This document shows, piece by piece, positions 32,678 through 47,378 of a stretch of 64,000 nt of DNA. The notes beneath the pieces are model-generated. The model was not told the DNA's origin. It saw only the letters and a program-made list of their open reading frames with translations, and ran no database searches. The DNA comes from Marsupella aquatica (Eukaryota; Plantae; Marchantiophyta), in contig OZ316899.1 in assembly GCA_973895155.1 (NCBI GenBank), positions 1,449,573-1,513,572 on the forward strand, in the 5' to 3' direction. Both the position numbers and the translations under genes were made by a program. Numbering within the stretch: the first letter of the stretch is position 1; each line of letters begins with the position of its first letter.

Positions 32678-35599
32678 ATGCAGAAGGCTCCTGTGTTTGG
32701 GGCTCTAGAGGTGATGACCGAGGTGCAGATGACATGTGCTGCGGCCTTTGTCGAAGGAGGCGTGCAGGACGCATGCGATGATTCGTGCTCTATCTGTCTA
32801 GAAAACTTCAGCGAGAATGATCCTGCCACGGTTTTGTGTTCTCAACTTCGCTGCCCTTTTTGTTAAAGAGAAATAGCTCGTGCGAGGTTGACGAATTTTG
32901 TCAAGCTGAACACTCATCGGATTTTGGTGTAATATCATCACTTATCTATCATGGAGATAATATCACCAGACCTGAGTCTAGGGAAAGTTTCTAAATCCAT
33001 TTACATGTCATTTTACCAAGTCTCAGTGGTTTCGTACGTGGTTAGTCCTGTCCCGGTTGAGTGCAGAATGCCTTTTTGAAATCAGGTATTGCCCTTCATT
33101 TTTCGTATCCGGCACGATTTGATATAGTGATTGAGCCTGCTAAAGTACGGTCTCGGTCAAAGTTACTATCGTTTGCTGTTCTGGTCAGTTGCTCCGTACT
33201 TGTATTTTGTCACTTGATAACCCTGGCCCCGTCTTAGAACAGAGGAGTGAGTGCATTGTTGTAGAGTGCTTCAATATGCGTTGTGTCCCTTCGGACCTCC
33301 TCTATGCCCGACCTGAGGTGTGGTCTTCTCTGTTTGAAGATCTGTGGATGTTGAATTTCTTGTTTATGAGGGACTGGCTTTTTGGTGGATGTCTTAATTC
33401 AGTTAGGGTGGCTAACGGTCAAATCTTTGACTTATTAGCAGATTACTGTTTGCAAGCATGAGTACCATCTTCAGTGTATTCTCGAATGGTAAGTTTTCCT
33501 GTCGGGAGTGTACTACGCTATCTCTATGAGTTCAAAACATAATTTCAAATGGCAGGTAGCTTGTTTGGAATCATTTAGACGACGACCTTCAGTGTATCCT
33601 CGAGTGATAAGTTTTCCTGTCCGGATTGCACCACACTATCTCTTCATGTGGCTTTCGACACGTAGCTTGTTTGGAATCATTTAGATAAGCGACCATTAGA
33701 GGGCCTTTTGTTATTAAAGGTAATTAGCGTTCCTGTGATTTGTATCCAATCATGCTAGTTTGCGAGATTACGGTTCTTTGTGGTACTGGAGAGTTGGTCC
33801 TCTCGGGTATTTAATCGTGGCGGGATACTGGCCCTCTGTTTTTGCTGGGATTTGGTGAGTAGGTCTCAACGAAGCAAGGAATGTCCGATGTGCTGGCAGC
33901 CTCTATGCTTCAAGGATCAAGACAGGTGGTTAGTTTATTGCAATAATTGAGCACTTCGTTGTAATGAATCCTTTCTTATTTGGAAGCCTAGCACTGTCCA
34001 GCGCTTCGCGTGGATTTCAGTACAGATAAGCTGTGCTAGACGTCGTGTGCTTGGCGGTAATTATGGTGATTTGCTCATGCAGCCAGTTGCTTCTAGCTGC
34101 CTCCGAGCAGGAGAGGGCGCTGCGACATGAGAGATCTTCTCCTTTTCATCAATACTCAACACGTGACATGGAATTCCACCGGGTGCGGGATGTTTCAGCT
34201 TCTCCTCTGGTTGGAAACGCTTGCTTTTAAACTTAGCAGATATATTGCCGTCCTTAGAGAGGGTCATGAGTGAGATTTTCTTAATAGGTTGATTTATTCG
34301 CCTAGACAAATTACAGGTCAGGATTGCACGTTGATGCCATCTATTTTGCTGGGTTTTCGTGCTACTTGTGCCGGCGTGGATCTGACAACATGGTCGGCAT
34401 ATTGGATGCAGTTTGGCTCCTCTTTCACAGAGGACGCAGACTTAGAGGATCGAATAATGCATCATCTTGCAGCTGCAGCTATGGGCAGAGCGCAGCAGTT
34501 AAGCAGAAGAGGGGAGTCGTTAAGAATCAGACCGTCCCCAGGTCAGGGGCACTCACACTGCACAATGGTACCTGTCGATTCCAATGCGTCTTCCTCCCAC
34601 CTGTCAAGTACAATGGTTTCAGCTGCAGGCAACCTCTTCTTACGATCTAGCTCTTCAAATGGCGATGTAGACAGTTCGGGAGTTGGCAGAGCTCAACTGG
34701 CCCCTCCTCATAGTACATCAGGCACTTTGGTATCAGAACCACTGGGGGGAGGAAGAATCTTGGACAGTGGTTCAACGGAGGCTTATTCATTGAGGTTTGT
34801 TGCAACTATATTACCTATGACCCAAAACCTGAGCTGGTGCTTTGGGTCTGTTGGCTTCGCTTCGTGGACTTGTGACCTTCGAAGAACAACCTTACTTCTG
34901 ATCATTGAAGGATTCTGTGATTCACAGCTAGTTTGTGACCTTCTTGTCTTTATTGGCACAGACGGCAGGTGTTAGTGGACCCTGTACAGAGTCAACAAGG
35001 AACATCCTCGTCAGATTTGTCCCTGTCAGAGTCATTGAAATCTCGACTGGTAGCTGCTTCTTCAAGGTTTGTCTGTGAACTGAATATTGCGGAGTAGGAA
35101 TTTTAATGTTTGAGGTGTTTTCCCAGGTTGTACTTTTGGATGGCTGCCAGGATGCCAAAATTCCTAAATTACCCAGTCTTCGTAGTCTTATTTGCTTCTG
35201 CACTGCAGGTACAGAGAGTCTCTAACAAGAAGTACTAGAAGTTTTAGAGATCGACTGCGTGCCCGCAATGGTGCAATTGCAGAGTTGGGGACCCGGGCCC
35301 GTGAAGTTAGTGCTGGGGTGGTGCGAGCTTTGGAACGAATGTCACTTGAGTCACCTGATAATCATCGAGACAGCACCAGTACCCCCAATTCGAGTCCTGA
35401 TGAAGACCTGCGCGTAGGCCCCGTGTTGGTCCAGCCAGGACTCTCTCATGTGCCAGAGTGGATGGAAGGGACAAAGTGCTCCCCACACTCTTTTGGAGAT
35501 ACTGAGTACACTGGTGATGGGACTGCAAGCTCGAGCACAAACGCTCTTCATCAAGGCGGGCTTGCATCTTCGCATAAATTAGCAATGTCTCCTTCTGAT
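32678..35599 (+). CDS. RHF2A: RING-H2 E3 ubiquitin ligase, RHF2A-like (host gene). Exons 32678-32830, 33442-33488, 33863-33925, 34083-34182, 34412-34794, 34962-35066, 35209-35599; a possible small last exon at ~36014-36031
   Basis: GT-AG junctions with consistent phases join AAAFVEGGVQDACDDSCSICLE...CKHEYHLQCILEWSQRSKECPMCWQ (RING-H2), EDRIMHHLAAAAMGRA, SESLKSRL and RYRESLTRSTRSFRDRL...REVSAG. These blocks match my recollection of Arabidopsis RHF2A. The start codon and last exon are uncertain. Confidence 0.88.
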
Positions 35600-38500
35600 G
35601 TAAGTTGCCACCAATCTGTTTTTTATCGCTGTGTTATCTTATCGTCTTTTATAGGTACTTTGAGAACTGACATGTAGACAGGTATTTGAGTAGTTGTTCC
35701 GGTGCAGGCGTGGACTTGCCTTTTTTGCCTTGTGGTGTGAGTTCCAGTTTCAATGTTATGCCTGCGATATTAAGGTCGCGTTCCGAAAATTTGGTTGGTT
35801 GGTCGGTGGCCAGGAAGGCTAACGAAGTGCTATGTTCCGACTGCTTGTTACTTCCAAGGGAGGCCACGGGCTAATTTAAGTTATGAACAGTTGTGTATAA
35901 GTTTGCTAGCAATTAAAGATATACTGTCTGATCTACATAAGACAGCATTATGCTGCAACTTAGACAAGTACGGACAGTGCTTTCTAAATTAGGTGACTTG
36001 TTTATGCTATCAGGTGAGGAGGGTAGGATAGGTTACTGCAGCAGACACTGTGCCCCTTGCTCTGCCTCTATTTGCATCTAAATTTCAGCACTGTACATAG
36101 ATGCCAGACTCAATTGAGTCCTACGGGAATGTCAACATACTATACACGCCAGCAACAGGCCTTAGGAAGACAGCTGAATGGGGCAAGAAGTATTCTTTTG
36201 CGGGAATATTCGTGTTGACTTTCTTGGATGCTTGCCAGATTTCCGTACTAATGCCTTCAGACCACCTTGTGAAATGACATTCACATCGTGCAAAGTAGTT
36301 AAAGTATGCGACTCACCTTGAAGGTGGTCTCTGTAGGGTCATGTCTGACCTGAAGGTGCAAGGTGAGGGCATCATTACCGTGCATCTCCTGCCATCTAGA
36401 AAGATCTCGTGACAGTTCCCACATTAAGCATGCCACTAGCCTTCGAATATTTGTCCCGGCTCCCTTGTTAATTGTGACATGACTTCGTAGAAGTTATCCT
36501 TGAATCCGGTAGTCTCAGACCTCTCACCGGTTGTGGTCTTGTTCAGGGTTAGTCCTCTAAGTGGAAATAAAGATGCTTGAATATCTTGATAGCAAGACTT
36601 CCGGAGGACGAGTTGTGGGGCTCCTACCTCGTTGTGTTCCTGGATATCTTTTTACCTGTAAATAAGCTAGACCTGGTAGCTCACACCTCTCAACTTCCCC
36701 GTACTGCAATTTACGTCAATAGAGACCAGCTGATGCTCTTTGGTACTACTGCAATTTGACGTGGGGTTGGTGTACAGATGGCCTCTGGATTCCGTTTTAC
36801 ATAGTGAACCCCAGTTAGGCATACACGGTGGTCGGTTCTGGTGATAATTTTGTTCCGTGTAAAGGTTGAGTGCTCTTCCGCACAAGAGATCTCCTGAAAA
36901 TGGATCACTGGAAGATCTGGGCTCAACTCCTTTCAGATGGTTCAAGTAAGTGTCTTCATGCTGTGTTCCAAGTTCCCAAGGTTGTAAGCAAGTGATGCAT
37001 TTCCTCATATTCTTGGAGTACATCTTTGGTACCTTTGTCTTGCTCTTTGGAAAGCTTAAATTGATCTCTCTGGTGGGTGGTCCCCATTACCTTGTACTAG
37101 CATAGTACCCTACAGAACCACTCCCTAACACAATAAAGACAAATCGAGTTGAAGAAAACTATTGCTTATTCGTGGATCAGTAGCCCGGTACTGGACCCAT
37201 TATAATTGGACCCATACTTTAACCTTACAGCTTTCAACTTGATAGAATACAATATCTTTTTTTCTTTACATGTTATATTCCTTTAGAATCTCTCCCCTCC
37301 ATGCGTGATACAGCTGGAAACTTGTGTCAACAATCCACTTCACTTCATGATGAAGCATGTGTTACCGGTACCTTATGAGTTTCTAACTTGAATGATTGTG
37401 TGTATATTCATTTATAATAAAGATATTCCCTCGACACTATGGTATGACTTCTGCATGTGCTGTGTGTGGATAGTATGTTCTTGACATAGCCTTGACTGGT
37501 TGTTAATCTTGCTACTTTACATGATCTCTCTCTCGTAAGGGGGACATAAAAAATGTAAAATCTGGATCGGGAGCTCTTCCCTCGTTCCATGACCCTTGAC
37601 TGTATTGGGTGTATGTTGACCCTGTTTACAGTGTACTATGGTGTCAGCTGGTGTTAGCTTTACCTAAGCATTGCCTACCCGTTTCAGTTGTTTAGTGGCT
37701 GGTGCTCTGTGTTGTACTTTTATGCTGTGCTGATCTTTTTCTAAGTTCATATGCCAAAGGAGGAATATTTGTTGGAAGCCATGCAGTATCACTTTATGAG
37801 GACACAACTCCCTTTACCCCAGCCCAGGTCTCCGTGTAGCAGTCTGGACACCGCTACAGAAACTTGGGACATGAAAAGGTGTTTTAAAACATTTCTTCCG
37901 TTCGTTGATGGGGCTGAATGAAGGACCCGGCTTAGTGGATTGCTTTTGTCTTGTAATCCTGGGGGATAAGCTATGGTCTATGCCCGACATGTCACAGACT
38001 GCATTCTAGAGGCACACTGTCTGTCCTCACAGGCTCAATATGTAACTTGCATATTTGACCCGGAAAATGGATCTAGATAATTTTTGTATGCAATCGCTGT
38101 ACTTACCCATATATGTATGGTGGTAAGGTGTGAACGATCACGTATGTTTGATGATAAGCAAGGTATGGATGGTTTGTATATATTATATGTCTGAAGAAGT
38201 CATATCTATGATTACAGAAGAACCACGGAAGGTATTGGGAACGGCTATCTGAATAAAATATATTGGCTGTTTGGGTTGATGATTCTATCCATATCAGCAT
38301 GGTTGGAAGAATCTCCGAAGAAAGTCAGGTCGCAGAGCTGCGTTTAGAGTAAACCTTGTACGGACTGGACAGCACTGAAGTAGCTTCGATAGTTTATCGA
38401 ACCAGATTTATTCCCTGTTGCTATGTTCTAGACAATTCAGCTGAAGACTAGATCCAGAAATGTGCTGATGGCGTCCATTTAGCTCTTTGGGCAAGTCTTC

Positions 38501-40585
38501 TTTGCGGGGGCTGGTGAGGCTGGGAGTTTAGATAAGCCTTTTGTCCAGATTGACCGGGTTACACGCAGTTCAAACTTTGGGATATAGAGTCTCATAGTCA
38601 TGTTAATAATAGGGAATCTCTTACTTCATATTAAGGATTGTGTGAGCTGGGTTACACGCTGTTGAACCTGAAATCTGTCTCCTTCGATAGAAGAGTTTCC
38701 TTAAAGAGGTTCGGGTCTTACTGATGCCAGCATTGTTGACACTTATTTTTCAGTCGAAAGAATTGAACACGAAGGCTGCTGTATTCCTTACATATGTGGT
38801 GTCCACACCTAATCCATGGGCATTTCACCAATGCGAAGGTTTAATGGAAAACACTGCGAATATGCATATGTAATACCGCCTGGCCCTTTGACAAAGCCGA
38901 CATGTACTCGGAAAAGAATTCATGAAAGGATTTAGCTTATTAGACCACCTCAAGACCGTCATAACCGTAATCGAAGTCTGAAAGCAGGTACCCTGAATAC
39001 ATGATTCTGCTAGTTCGTTGATTTCCCAAAACCTGAGGGGAATGGCTTAAGCAATGGGGATCTTGGAAGCACGTATGACTGTCCGCTATCACCAACCCTC
39101 CTTGACAGTCGGAAGGCAAGCTGACTTTTGAAGTCCCAGATGCTCCCTCTCTTTGGATTACTTCAGCTCTATCCTCTAATTTATTGATTGCTCGTCATTT
39201 AAACAGTGGTATAAGTCTCCAGTAATGTTGAGAGATATTTTTTAGAAGTTGTTGGCTAAATCAATTGTCGTTTGAGGTTGTTCATAGATACATTTATCTA
39301 TGGGCTAGATTACCCCTACAGAAGACACAAATCGGTACGCAGGAAGAACCAACTAAGGCATTGTAGGCATGAGACTACTCAACCTCAGGTGATACAATTG
39401 CAATTATCGAACGGTGGCGCATTCTAACAGAGTCCCGTGTGAGATACAGCTGACCTAGTTTGGAGAGCTTATCTGCTCTTAACATCTGCTCTTAACATCT
39501 TTATCAGCTCCTGGGCAAGCCGGACCGATTTAAATTAGGATAATAGGGCATGGCTCGTGAATTAGAAAAATGAAAGAATAGCCCTAAACCAGCGCAATCT
39601 CTGTAATACAGCAGCACGTAGATGATAAGAGATATCTCTGGTCTTAATGCAGTTTTGAGGAGAATGAGAGTGCTGTACGAGTCATTGGGGTCTCAATAGA
39701 GTTTAACCCTGTCCAAAGACTACTTTTGGTCAAATTTTGATTGGAAATATGTTGGGCACTTCAGTAGAAATCGAATGGAGATGAGAAGTCGATTTGTCAT
39801 CTAGTTAAATTTGTGGTATTTGCTGCCCACCTTCTCTCTCGTCACGACGTCCAAGCTTTCTTCTTCTGTCATTCCTTGGACTGCCCCACTTCCTCTAATA
39901 ATGTTCTAATGCTATCATTTAATGGCTACAGCTGCGGCGTCTCTTGATGGCATGGAATTATATCTGACGACCTGCTTAAGCCTGCTCTTAAAGAGTTCAT
40001 TCGCAACTGCCAGATGTAGTCTCATCTTCATGTTCCATGGCCCTCTTAATGCCCTTTCTGTGAATGGGTGGTTCGATGACGAGCGCAAGCAAAATACATA
40101 GGAATTACGTAGATGTCTGAAGCTATATCTTAAATCTTAAGGACAACCACATGGTGACCATGGGGAATGAAATGCTTGACTTCTCTCACCGTTGATCCTC
40201 AATCGAGCTAATCAGATCCTAATCGCTCCTAATCGCTCAGGAGTTATAGTTACGATGCTCACGAGCGCCATGCCTGTGCGTTACAATTGGGTGAGTCAGA
40301 AAGCGAGGGTGTGGCAGAAGTCTCATGGGCACTGGTCAGGTTGCATACCGGCTCCACTCTTGGGCACTGGGCAGCATGACGTACATCAATTATGAGGGAG
40401 GGAGTAGTGGGCAGTCGGGCGTACCCCTGCCTCAGAGGCCCGACGTGAGGACGGAGTACCCTTGCCTCACCTCTATTTGTATTCAAGGGCCCTCTTTTGG
40501 CATTGAACGGTTAGGGGAAAAGTGCAAAAAAATCCAACGGCTGCTGATCATTTCCACCTAGAAGTGTTTTTGTAAACAGACCATG

Positions 40586-40986
40586 ACTACTTATGAAATT
40601 TGGCAGGATTGGGTATTATAGTTGTCGATGTGAGATGACCACTTATGAAATTTGGTGGGATTGAGTATTATAGTTGTAGATGTGAATATAGGTCACACCA
40701 TTCTGCAGAACAAACAGAATGGGGAAAAAGCTACAGGTGACCGAAATTTGGCAGGATTGGGTATTATACTTGTATAGTTGTAGATGTGAGACGACCACTT
40801 ATGAAATTTGTTGGGATTGGGTATTATGGTTGTATAGTTGTAGATGTGAGACGACCACTTATGAAATTTGGCGGGATTGAGTATTATAGTTGTAGATGTG
40901 AATACAGGTCACATTATTTTGCAGAACAAACAGAATGGGGAAAGCTACAGGTGACTGAAATTTGGCGGGATTGGGTATTATAGTTG
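40586..40986. repeat. Higher-order tandem repeat: six GAAATTT-core units in two larger blocks
   Basis: Unit GAAATTTGGCAGGATTGGGTATTATAGTTGTAGATGTGAGACGACCACTTAT. The spacer GCAGAACAAACAGAATGGGG..GCTACAGGTGAC occurs twice. Confidence 0.85.
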
Positions 40987-41399
40987 TCTCATTAATTAAT
41001 TCATGACATTATCAGATTCCTGTCTAGGTTCTAGTTTAGTGTACTAGATTCGACTAGGCGACCCTTCCCACTTGAAGAGACATGTTCAATAGCACACGGA
41101 TTGAGTGACAGTGAATTGACACATTTGAAAGGACACACATTCTTGTGTTATCCCGTTCACAGACCTCGCAAATCTTACCACTCAGCTAATTAAAGAAGGA
41201 ACATATGACCGTATGATCAATTCAATCAATTCCCTATGCTAAGCATGCAATTTCTCTCTCTTCTCTCTCTAAAAGTTACATAAGATAAAGTCTGTATCTG
41301 CTCTATACATCCACTATAAGAGAAAATTATTGGCTTCGCAACACTTCGAAGTATTGTCTTGGTGAGTAACTTCTGAAGAGTGTAAACTAGTTTGAAAAG

Positions 41400-43700
41400 A
41401 TGCCGAAGGTCAAGCGTCTTTGCTGCAGGAAGCCTGGGCATGTCGCTAAGGATGTTTGAGTTCAATTGAAGAAGGATCCGTTCGACATCCCAAAGTATGC
41501 TGCTGACTACAGGCTACGTGTTATTTCCTTCTTGAAGGCAGGAGTACAGGATGTCTCCTGGGACATTGTTAGAGGTGGTACCCAGCTTACGGCCCAGAGT
41601 AGGGCCAGATAGTATTGGTTATCCTGACATAAGTGATGCTTGTTGTATCTATCTTAGGATAAAACCACTTAAAGATTAACATTATGGAGTTGTTCCAATG
41701 AAATTCTAGAAGTTGTTAATTTGCCTGATCTTACGTAGATTAATCTTATGTATGAATAGTTTGTCGCGAACAGAGTCTGGTCAGAATCGATGTTTTTGCA
41801 TAAGGTTGTCAAATCGAGGACTACCTTTCGAATGCTATGCTGCGAATAGACCATATCTGTTAGGTACGCCTAATTGAGGCAGTGTCTACTTTGACACGAA
41901 GAAACCTCAATCTAAAATACCGCAGGTTGTGCAACTTCAGCTACAAATGATGCAGCAGAAAAGGAAGACGGTGACAAGTATGCCTCATTTTGTCTTTAAA
42001 CTGGAGCTTACTTTTAGAGTCTGCGTGCAGGCTAAATCAGCTAGGAAGGCATTTTCTAAAGGTGGCGCTGGGGCCACAGATCTTCATTGTATTTTACACT
42101 CTGTGGTCCTGGAAACTATGAACACTTCATAGGTTGAAGTTCGTCACATTCCCAGTCTTCACAGTAGTCCCTTGTCAGTAGAATATGTTTCAAGCAAGAG
42201 TTGCAAACGGCATCTTTCTACAATACCCTGACGAATCTTATGGCCAACAGAGCCATTAGAAGAAGTCGCTGAAATTACATATATTGCAGAGATGTATGAT
42301 TCACGAAAGTGGTAATTTTGACCTAACATTTTCACCAGATCATTCTGATGAAAATGAGCTGACCTGAACTTTCTCTTGAGCCACTACCTCTATCTGCATG
42401 ACCAAGACCCAGTTTGAATGGGAGTGAAGCTATCTCCAGTTCGACCTCAGACACCTCCATGAGAAAGGACCTTAATCTTCTTTTGTATAACCAAAAAAGA
42501 TACCAAGCAAAATGAACTGCATTTTGCTTGGTCTAACTGGAAAAACAAAATTCGATTTACCACTGACAGACCTTGAAGATGCTCGTGACAAGGAGCAGTA
42601 CGCGGTTACAAAAGCAAGAACGGTTATTTGATTGTCTGCTAACTGCTACACTTCCCCGTACGGCAGGGCCACAGGCTAGTCAAAGGACTTCATGGCCGTG
42701 ATGTGTATTTTGGAAGAAGGCATTAGAGGAATCGACATCTATAGAAAAACATTATACTTGGTAAATTATTTTGCTTCCTTTTGGAAGTTGTGAGCACTCC
42801 TTTAAAATAAAATCCAACCTAGAAGCAATTGTGCTAAGGTAGAAGGCAAGGCTTGTTTGTGGAGTCCCTGGAGTTGATTATACTGAACATATTGTCGTGA
42901 GCAAGACTTCTTTGAGAGTTGGTGTGGCTTTAGCTATGCAATTTACTTGGTTCCAATATAGGGAAATGTGAAGAGAGCCGTGAATGACGTTTTGTATAGA
43001 TCAAGTCATATGAAAGCGAATGAATTCTTTGTCAAGTCCCACCAACCACATCGTGTGTTCGTATAGAGAAGGCGTACAAGGAGTCAATCCTCTGGTCCTG
43101 CTATGTAGGGGATTCCTGATAGCTGTGGATTATATGTTGCGTTTGCTAACAAACAGTTACGTTTAACGTGAAAGACAATATGAGATGCCTGATGACAACG
43201 TGGGGCACTGCGGTGGTATCTATATCACCAGTGGCTGGAAAGGGGCAAATCAGGAATTTTCAGGAGCATGATATTTTTATAAGCTGCCTAGCTTTTTATG
43301 AGTGATCGAAAACGTGTTTGCACTTCTGTTCAAGTTTTGACCTAAGCTGTTGATACTTCGAACTCATGCGCATCAAGGCTGTGCTGGGCTGCCAGAGACA
43401 GATTTTGACATCCAGGAACCTTGATGACAAGGAAATAAGGTCAAGTCAATTTCATGAATCTGGGTAATGTCTAGTCACAAATCTTGCCAAATATCATTTC
43501 GATTAGGTTACTGGCTTCCGCCCTGGGTAAATTCAGTGAAACTTAGGTCTAATTCTAAGTGGTAAAGTGAAGCTCATCTTCAATGCATGCTGTCAATAGT
43601 TAAGTTTCTGGGAATTGGCTGGCTGTATGGGGGCATGAGCTATGAAGCTGAAGATGCGGAAAAAAGACATTTAACTTTTAGCCATTCTAGAACTTATATG
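41400..43700 (+). mobile_element. Highly eroded Copia-like remnant
   Basis: CCRKPGHVAKD knuckle remnant at about 41425 and a KARLV...PGVDYTE...SLRVGVALA RT remnant at about 42845-42940. Confidence 0.5.
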
Positions 43701-46700
43701 GAACAGATTTTGTGCTCGTAGCAGGCATTTGCTACTAGCCTGACCCAACATGTCTAGGTGAGACCACAGCTGTTCGGCATAGATGCCACATTGTCCACTC
43801 AGCTACACCGTTTTGGTTTAGGGTGGCAGGGTTTCTGAGTTGGAGAAGCCATTACTCTTCCAGAAATGAGAAGTTAAGGACTTGTACTCACCATCATAAG
43901 ACGAGTGGAGAACAGGAAAGTTGTAGCCAGTCTGGTTTGAGAGAATATGGCGCGGACTGTTTGAACCGAGATAGGACTTCTATCTTGAAGCATAGAAGGT
44001 CAATGAAAGTTTACCTTCTGGATCATTAATGAAATGCCAAAGCAGTGGAAGCCACCGTGTATTGGATTGCATAGGTGTCAGAGTGTGCTAATACAAGAGG
44101 ACGTGGAGCGGGTTCCTCCCTCGAGGAAAATGGATCCTCTTCTGTATGCCATCCAAGCAGGCGGGGCAGACTGGAGATGGTCTCATGTCAAATTTGTGAA
44201 GTCCGATTGCTATTTGATTGTCAAGTAAGGTCTGCATGCAGAATTTACTTATGTCGTGGAGTTGCCATTGCCAGAATATTTTACAGAGAGATATCTGCGC
44301 CGCGGGAATTGGAGCTGCATGTTGGGAAAAGTGACAGACTGCCAAATGCCAAAACCTTCAGGGCAGCTAGCTATCAGGTTCTCTTGTCATCACTATTGTT
44401 TTGAAAAGAAAGAGAACCCTGGGTTTTGCTTGGCTGGAAGGCAGAGGGCAGGTTTTTATAGAAACATGGCACGTGGATTACACCTGATAAGGTAAGTTCA
44501 GCCCATCCAGTAGCCAAGCTTGACAGAAACGCTGCCATGCCTCATTATTACTCATGAGGAGCCAGCAGCCAGATAAACTTGGTGTCGCTGTGGACAGCTT
44601 TCATAAATAAGAAAGCATGTCCTCAGGTGAGTCCTTAGCTGTGAAGCAGGTCTGTCAGCTTACGATCTAGGGTCTCTGCCGGCAACCCAAGTGCGTATCT
44701 ATTGCTCTTCGAAAAACTTACTTGCCGAAAAAGTCGTTCTTCAGATGCTATGCGCTTCAGACACATTTTAATGGGGTGCCCCAACTAATGGTACGAGTTA
44801 CACTTGATGGGAGGGAGCACAGAAACAGCAATCCTCCATAATCGGAAACTTTGTAGGATGATCCGCCAGAAAGTCTTTGCGCTTAGTTTCTTCTTAGGAA
44901 ACGTTTTGTTCAAAGCTGGAGAATAAACCCGCCCACGTTCCATGACAGCTTCTTCATTTAGAACTGAAACTGGCTTAGCAAAATTGCGTATCAGGAGGGC
45001 CGGATTGGCCTCCTAATCTCTTGGTGCTTGGTGTTCCGGCAGCGGTAGCGGCAAGCTGGTCGATTAGGGAGCGTATGATGTAGACATCGTCATGGATGTT
45101 CCCCATCTCTCATCTAAAAAGTCATCAGGCTGTCCTTGAGATGCATCTGGGTGACGTCATAACTTCCCTGAAGCATCTTAGACAAATACTTCCAAGCCAG
45201 ATGGGCAGAATGGAAGCGGCAGGCACGAGGTGCAATATTATTTGAGAACTAATCATAATTAACAAGGGCAGTGATGTTGTGCCGGTCCGAGAGCAAGGCT
45301 GCCCAGACCTGAGCAGGTAATCAGGAGGTATTTATTTGGCACAAGACAGAGGAGACTAGAGTAATGTATTTTCTGCTCAGGCTATGCATCATGGCCTGGG
45401 AAGGGTTGTCCCTTGCCACGAGGCAATACACTCTAGGTAGAGCAGATGGATTACGTTGGTGTCTTGTGTTGTTCAGTATAGGATCCTAATTCTAATAGAT
45501 TTTGATTGCTCCTATATCTCGCTTTAAAAAGGCTATCTCCGCACATGTTTCTGACAGGGTTGGCTATACAGAGCAAGCAACAGGACGATTCAAGGGTCCC
45601 TTCCTTGGTCCGACTTGCAGCTGATGCACCTCTAAATTGTCTGATTTAGACAACGTTTCATCAGAAACTGTGTTACATGACTGTCAGATGTGTTTGGGGC
45701 CATCTGACCTATGTCTATTGCTTTATATTGCTTTATCCTATCTGACTTTAGTATAAGACTACTGTTTTATTGGACATACTTCTAAGATGTAGAGTCTAGC
45801 ATATTCTGATCGTTTTAGCTCCACAAACATGGATCTATGAGTTTGGACGTGGATGCCGACAACATCCATGCTCTTCATGTAAGTTTCATGTCAATCATAA
45901 CTGCTAGAGCATTGGACTGATGACAAGCAGTTGTACGGTCGTGTGCAGGGGGAAGGCAATGATGATGGCAGTAGCTGCAGTCATGATCACCAGCGGCCTC
46001 CTGTTTCCCCCTTGGCCGTATGAGTAAGGATTGAGTTACTGCTCCTGTCAGTTTGGTAGACAAACAGCTCCTCATTCGGTTTGGAGAAGCACGGACCTAG
46101 GCTGGTTCAAAGCGTCGAGGGCATTGTCCTTGCTTTAGTGGACAAACAGCTCCTCATTCAGCGTGGAGAAGCATCAACCTATGCTGTTCCAAGCGTGGAA
46201 CGCGTTGTCCTTGGTTTCAATAACATTCGAATCGTAATAAATGTAGGAGTGAAATGTAAAGTTCAGGCTTGTTCTTGCGCAGTGAAGATGTCATTCTTTG
46301 CTTCTTATGTGCGTAGTCTAAGCATACCATCGCGTACATATTTCTGGGCTGTGTCCTTGAATAGTAGGGACAAGGCAGACTTTGGTGAATGTCTGAGTAA
46401 GCATTCGTGGAAGACTTTAAGGAGATTGGCAGGAGATTGGCCGTGTAAGCTTTCGTTGAAGACTTGGGAAAAGTGGCAAGTGGCAGTCTAGTCAGAGAGG
46501 ATTTATTTGCTTGATGTTTGGTTGTAAGTCAACCAGAACCGGGCCAGCAGTGAAGTTGGCTTTATTTTAGAATCATTGTCGAAGTGACCAATATGTCATT
46601 GTTTAAAGCATCTTCTTTATCAGGCGCAACATGTCTTGCAGACACCTGTGGGTTTTGCCTTCTTCAAGGTATTCAACTAGACTGTGTTACTGCGTGGCCA

Positions 46701-47220
46701 TAATGCAAAGATCGAGTCTCACTTCAATATTATTGATAAGTTAAGCTACATGGATTACACAAATGATATCATCTTAGCATGACAGTTGCACTTTGGTATA
46801 ACTTACACTAGACACATTCTGATTTAGGAAGCTTTTCAACGGGCAGGCAAATTTAAGGTTTGTTTAAGGAATGGAGGGAGAGTGGAATGTGGAAAACCAG
46901 AAGCATTTGACGCGTCCCCTTTGTATGGCCTGTGGTGGTTTTTCTCATGTTCTCAAGTATCAATACCTTCAGAATACACCAAAATCGTGTCATCAATAAA
47001 CTCTACAATAAGGCTATATGGTATCCAAGGATGTCTGAAATGCTCAGATGGCACAATTTGGAAGGAATCTCAAAGAACATTTAAGTATGCAATTGTAATA
47101 AGGAATTCATACATTCCAGCCTGAGTGATCTGAGATGTGTTTCCATTGCAGGTTATCAAACTACCTTAGATATTTGGGGAGCACATTTTCCCCAATTACT
47201 AGAGTCAATTTGAGCAAAGT

Positions 47221-47280
47221 CTAAAGATCCGCCCTGGTATCTAAAGATCCGCCCTGGTATCTAAAGATCTGCCCTGGTAG
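47221..47280. repeat. 20-bp tandem repeat x3
   Basis: CTAAAGATCCGCCCTGGTAT repeated three times (third copy has 2 changes). Confidence 0.95.
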
Positions 47281-47378
47281 CTGAGCCTGAAATTTAGCTG
47301 TTGGTGAACTGTTGTATTGCCTGCTCTGCTTAGACATAGCCTGGTCTTGTCATTAGTGGGAGAGCAAGTTATTGGAGT

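Noticed and set aside
36100-40500. Possible further genes or old LINE debris
   Set aside because: Only faint motif hints, with no consistent frame or splice pattern that I can support.
40586-40986. CRISPR-like array
   Set aside because: The context is eukaryotic, the spacers are themselves repeated, and there are no cas genes.
43800-47200. Scattered 60-136 aa ORFs
   Set aside because: No recognisable domains or exon chain.
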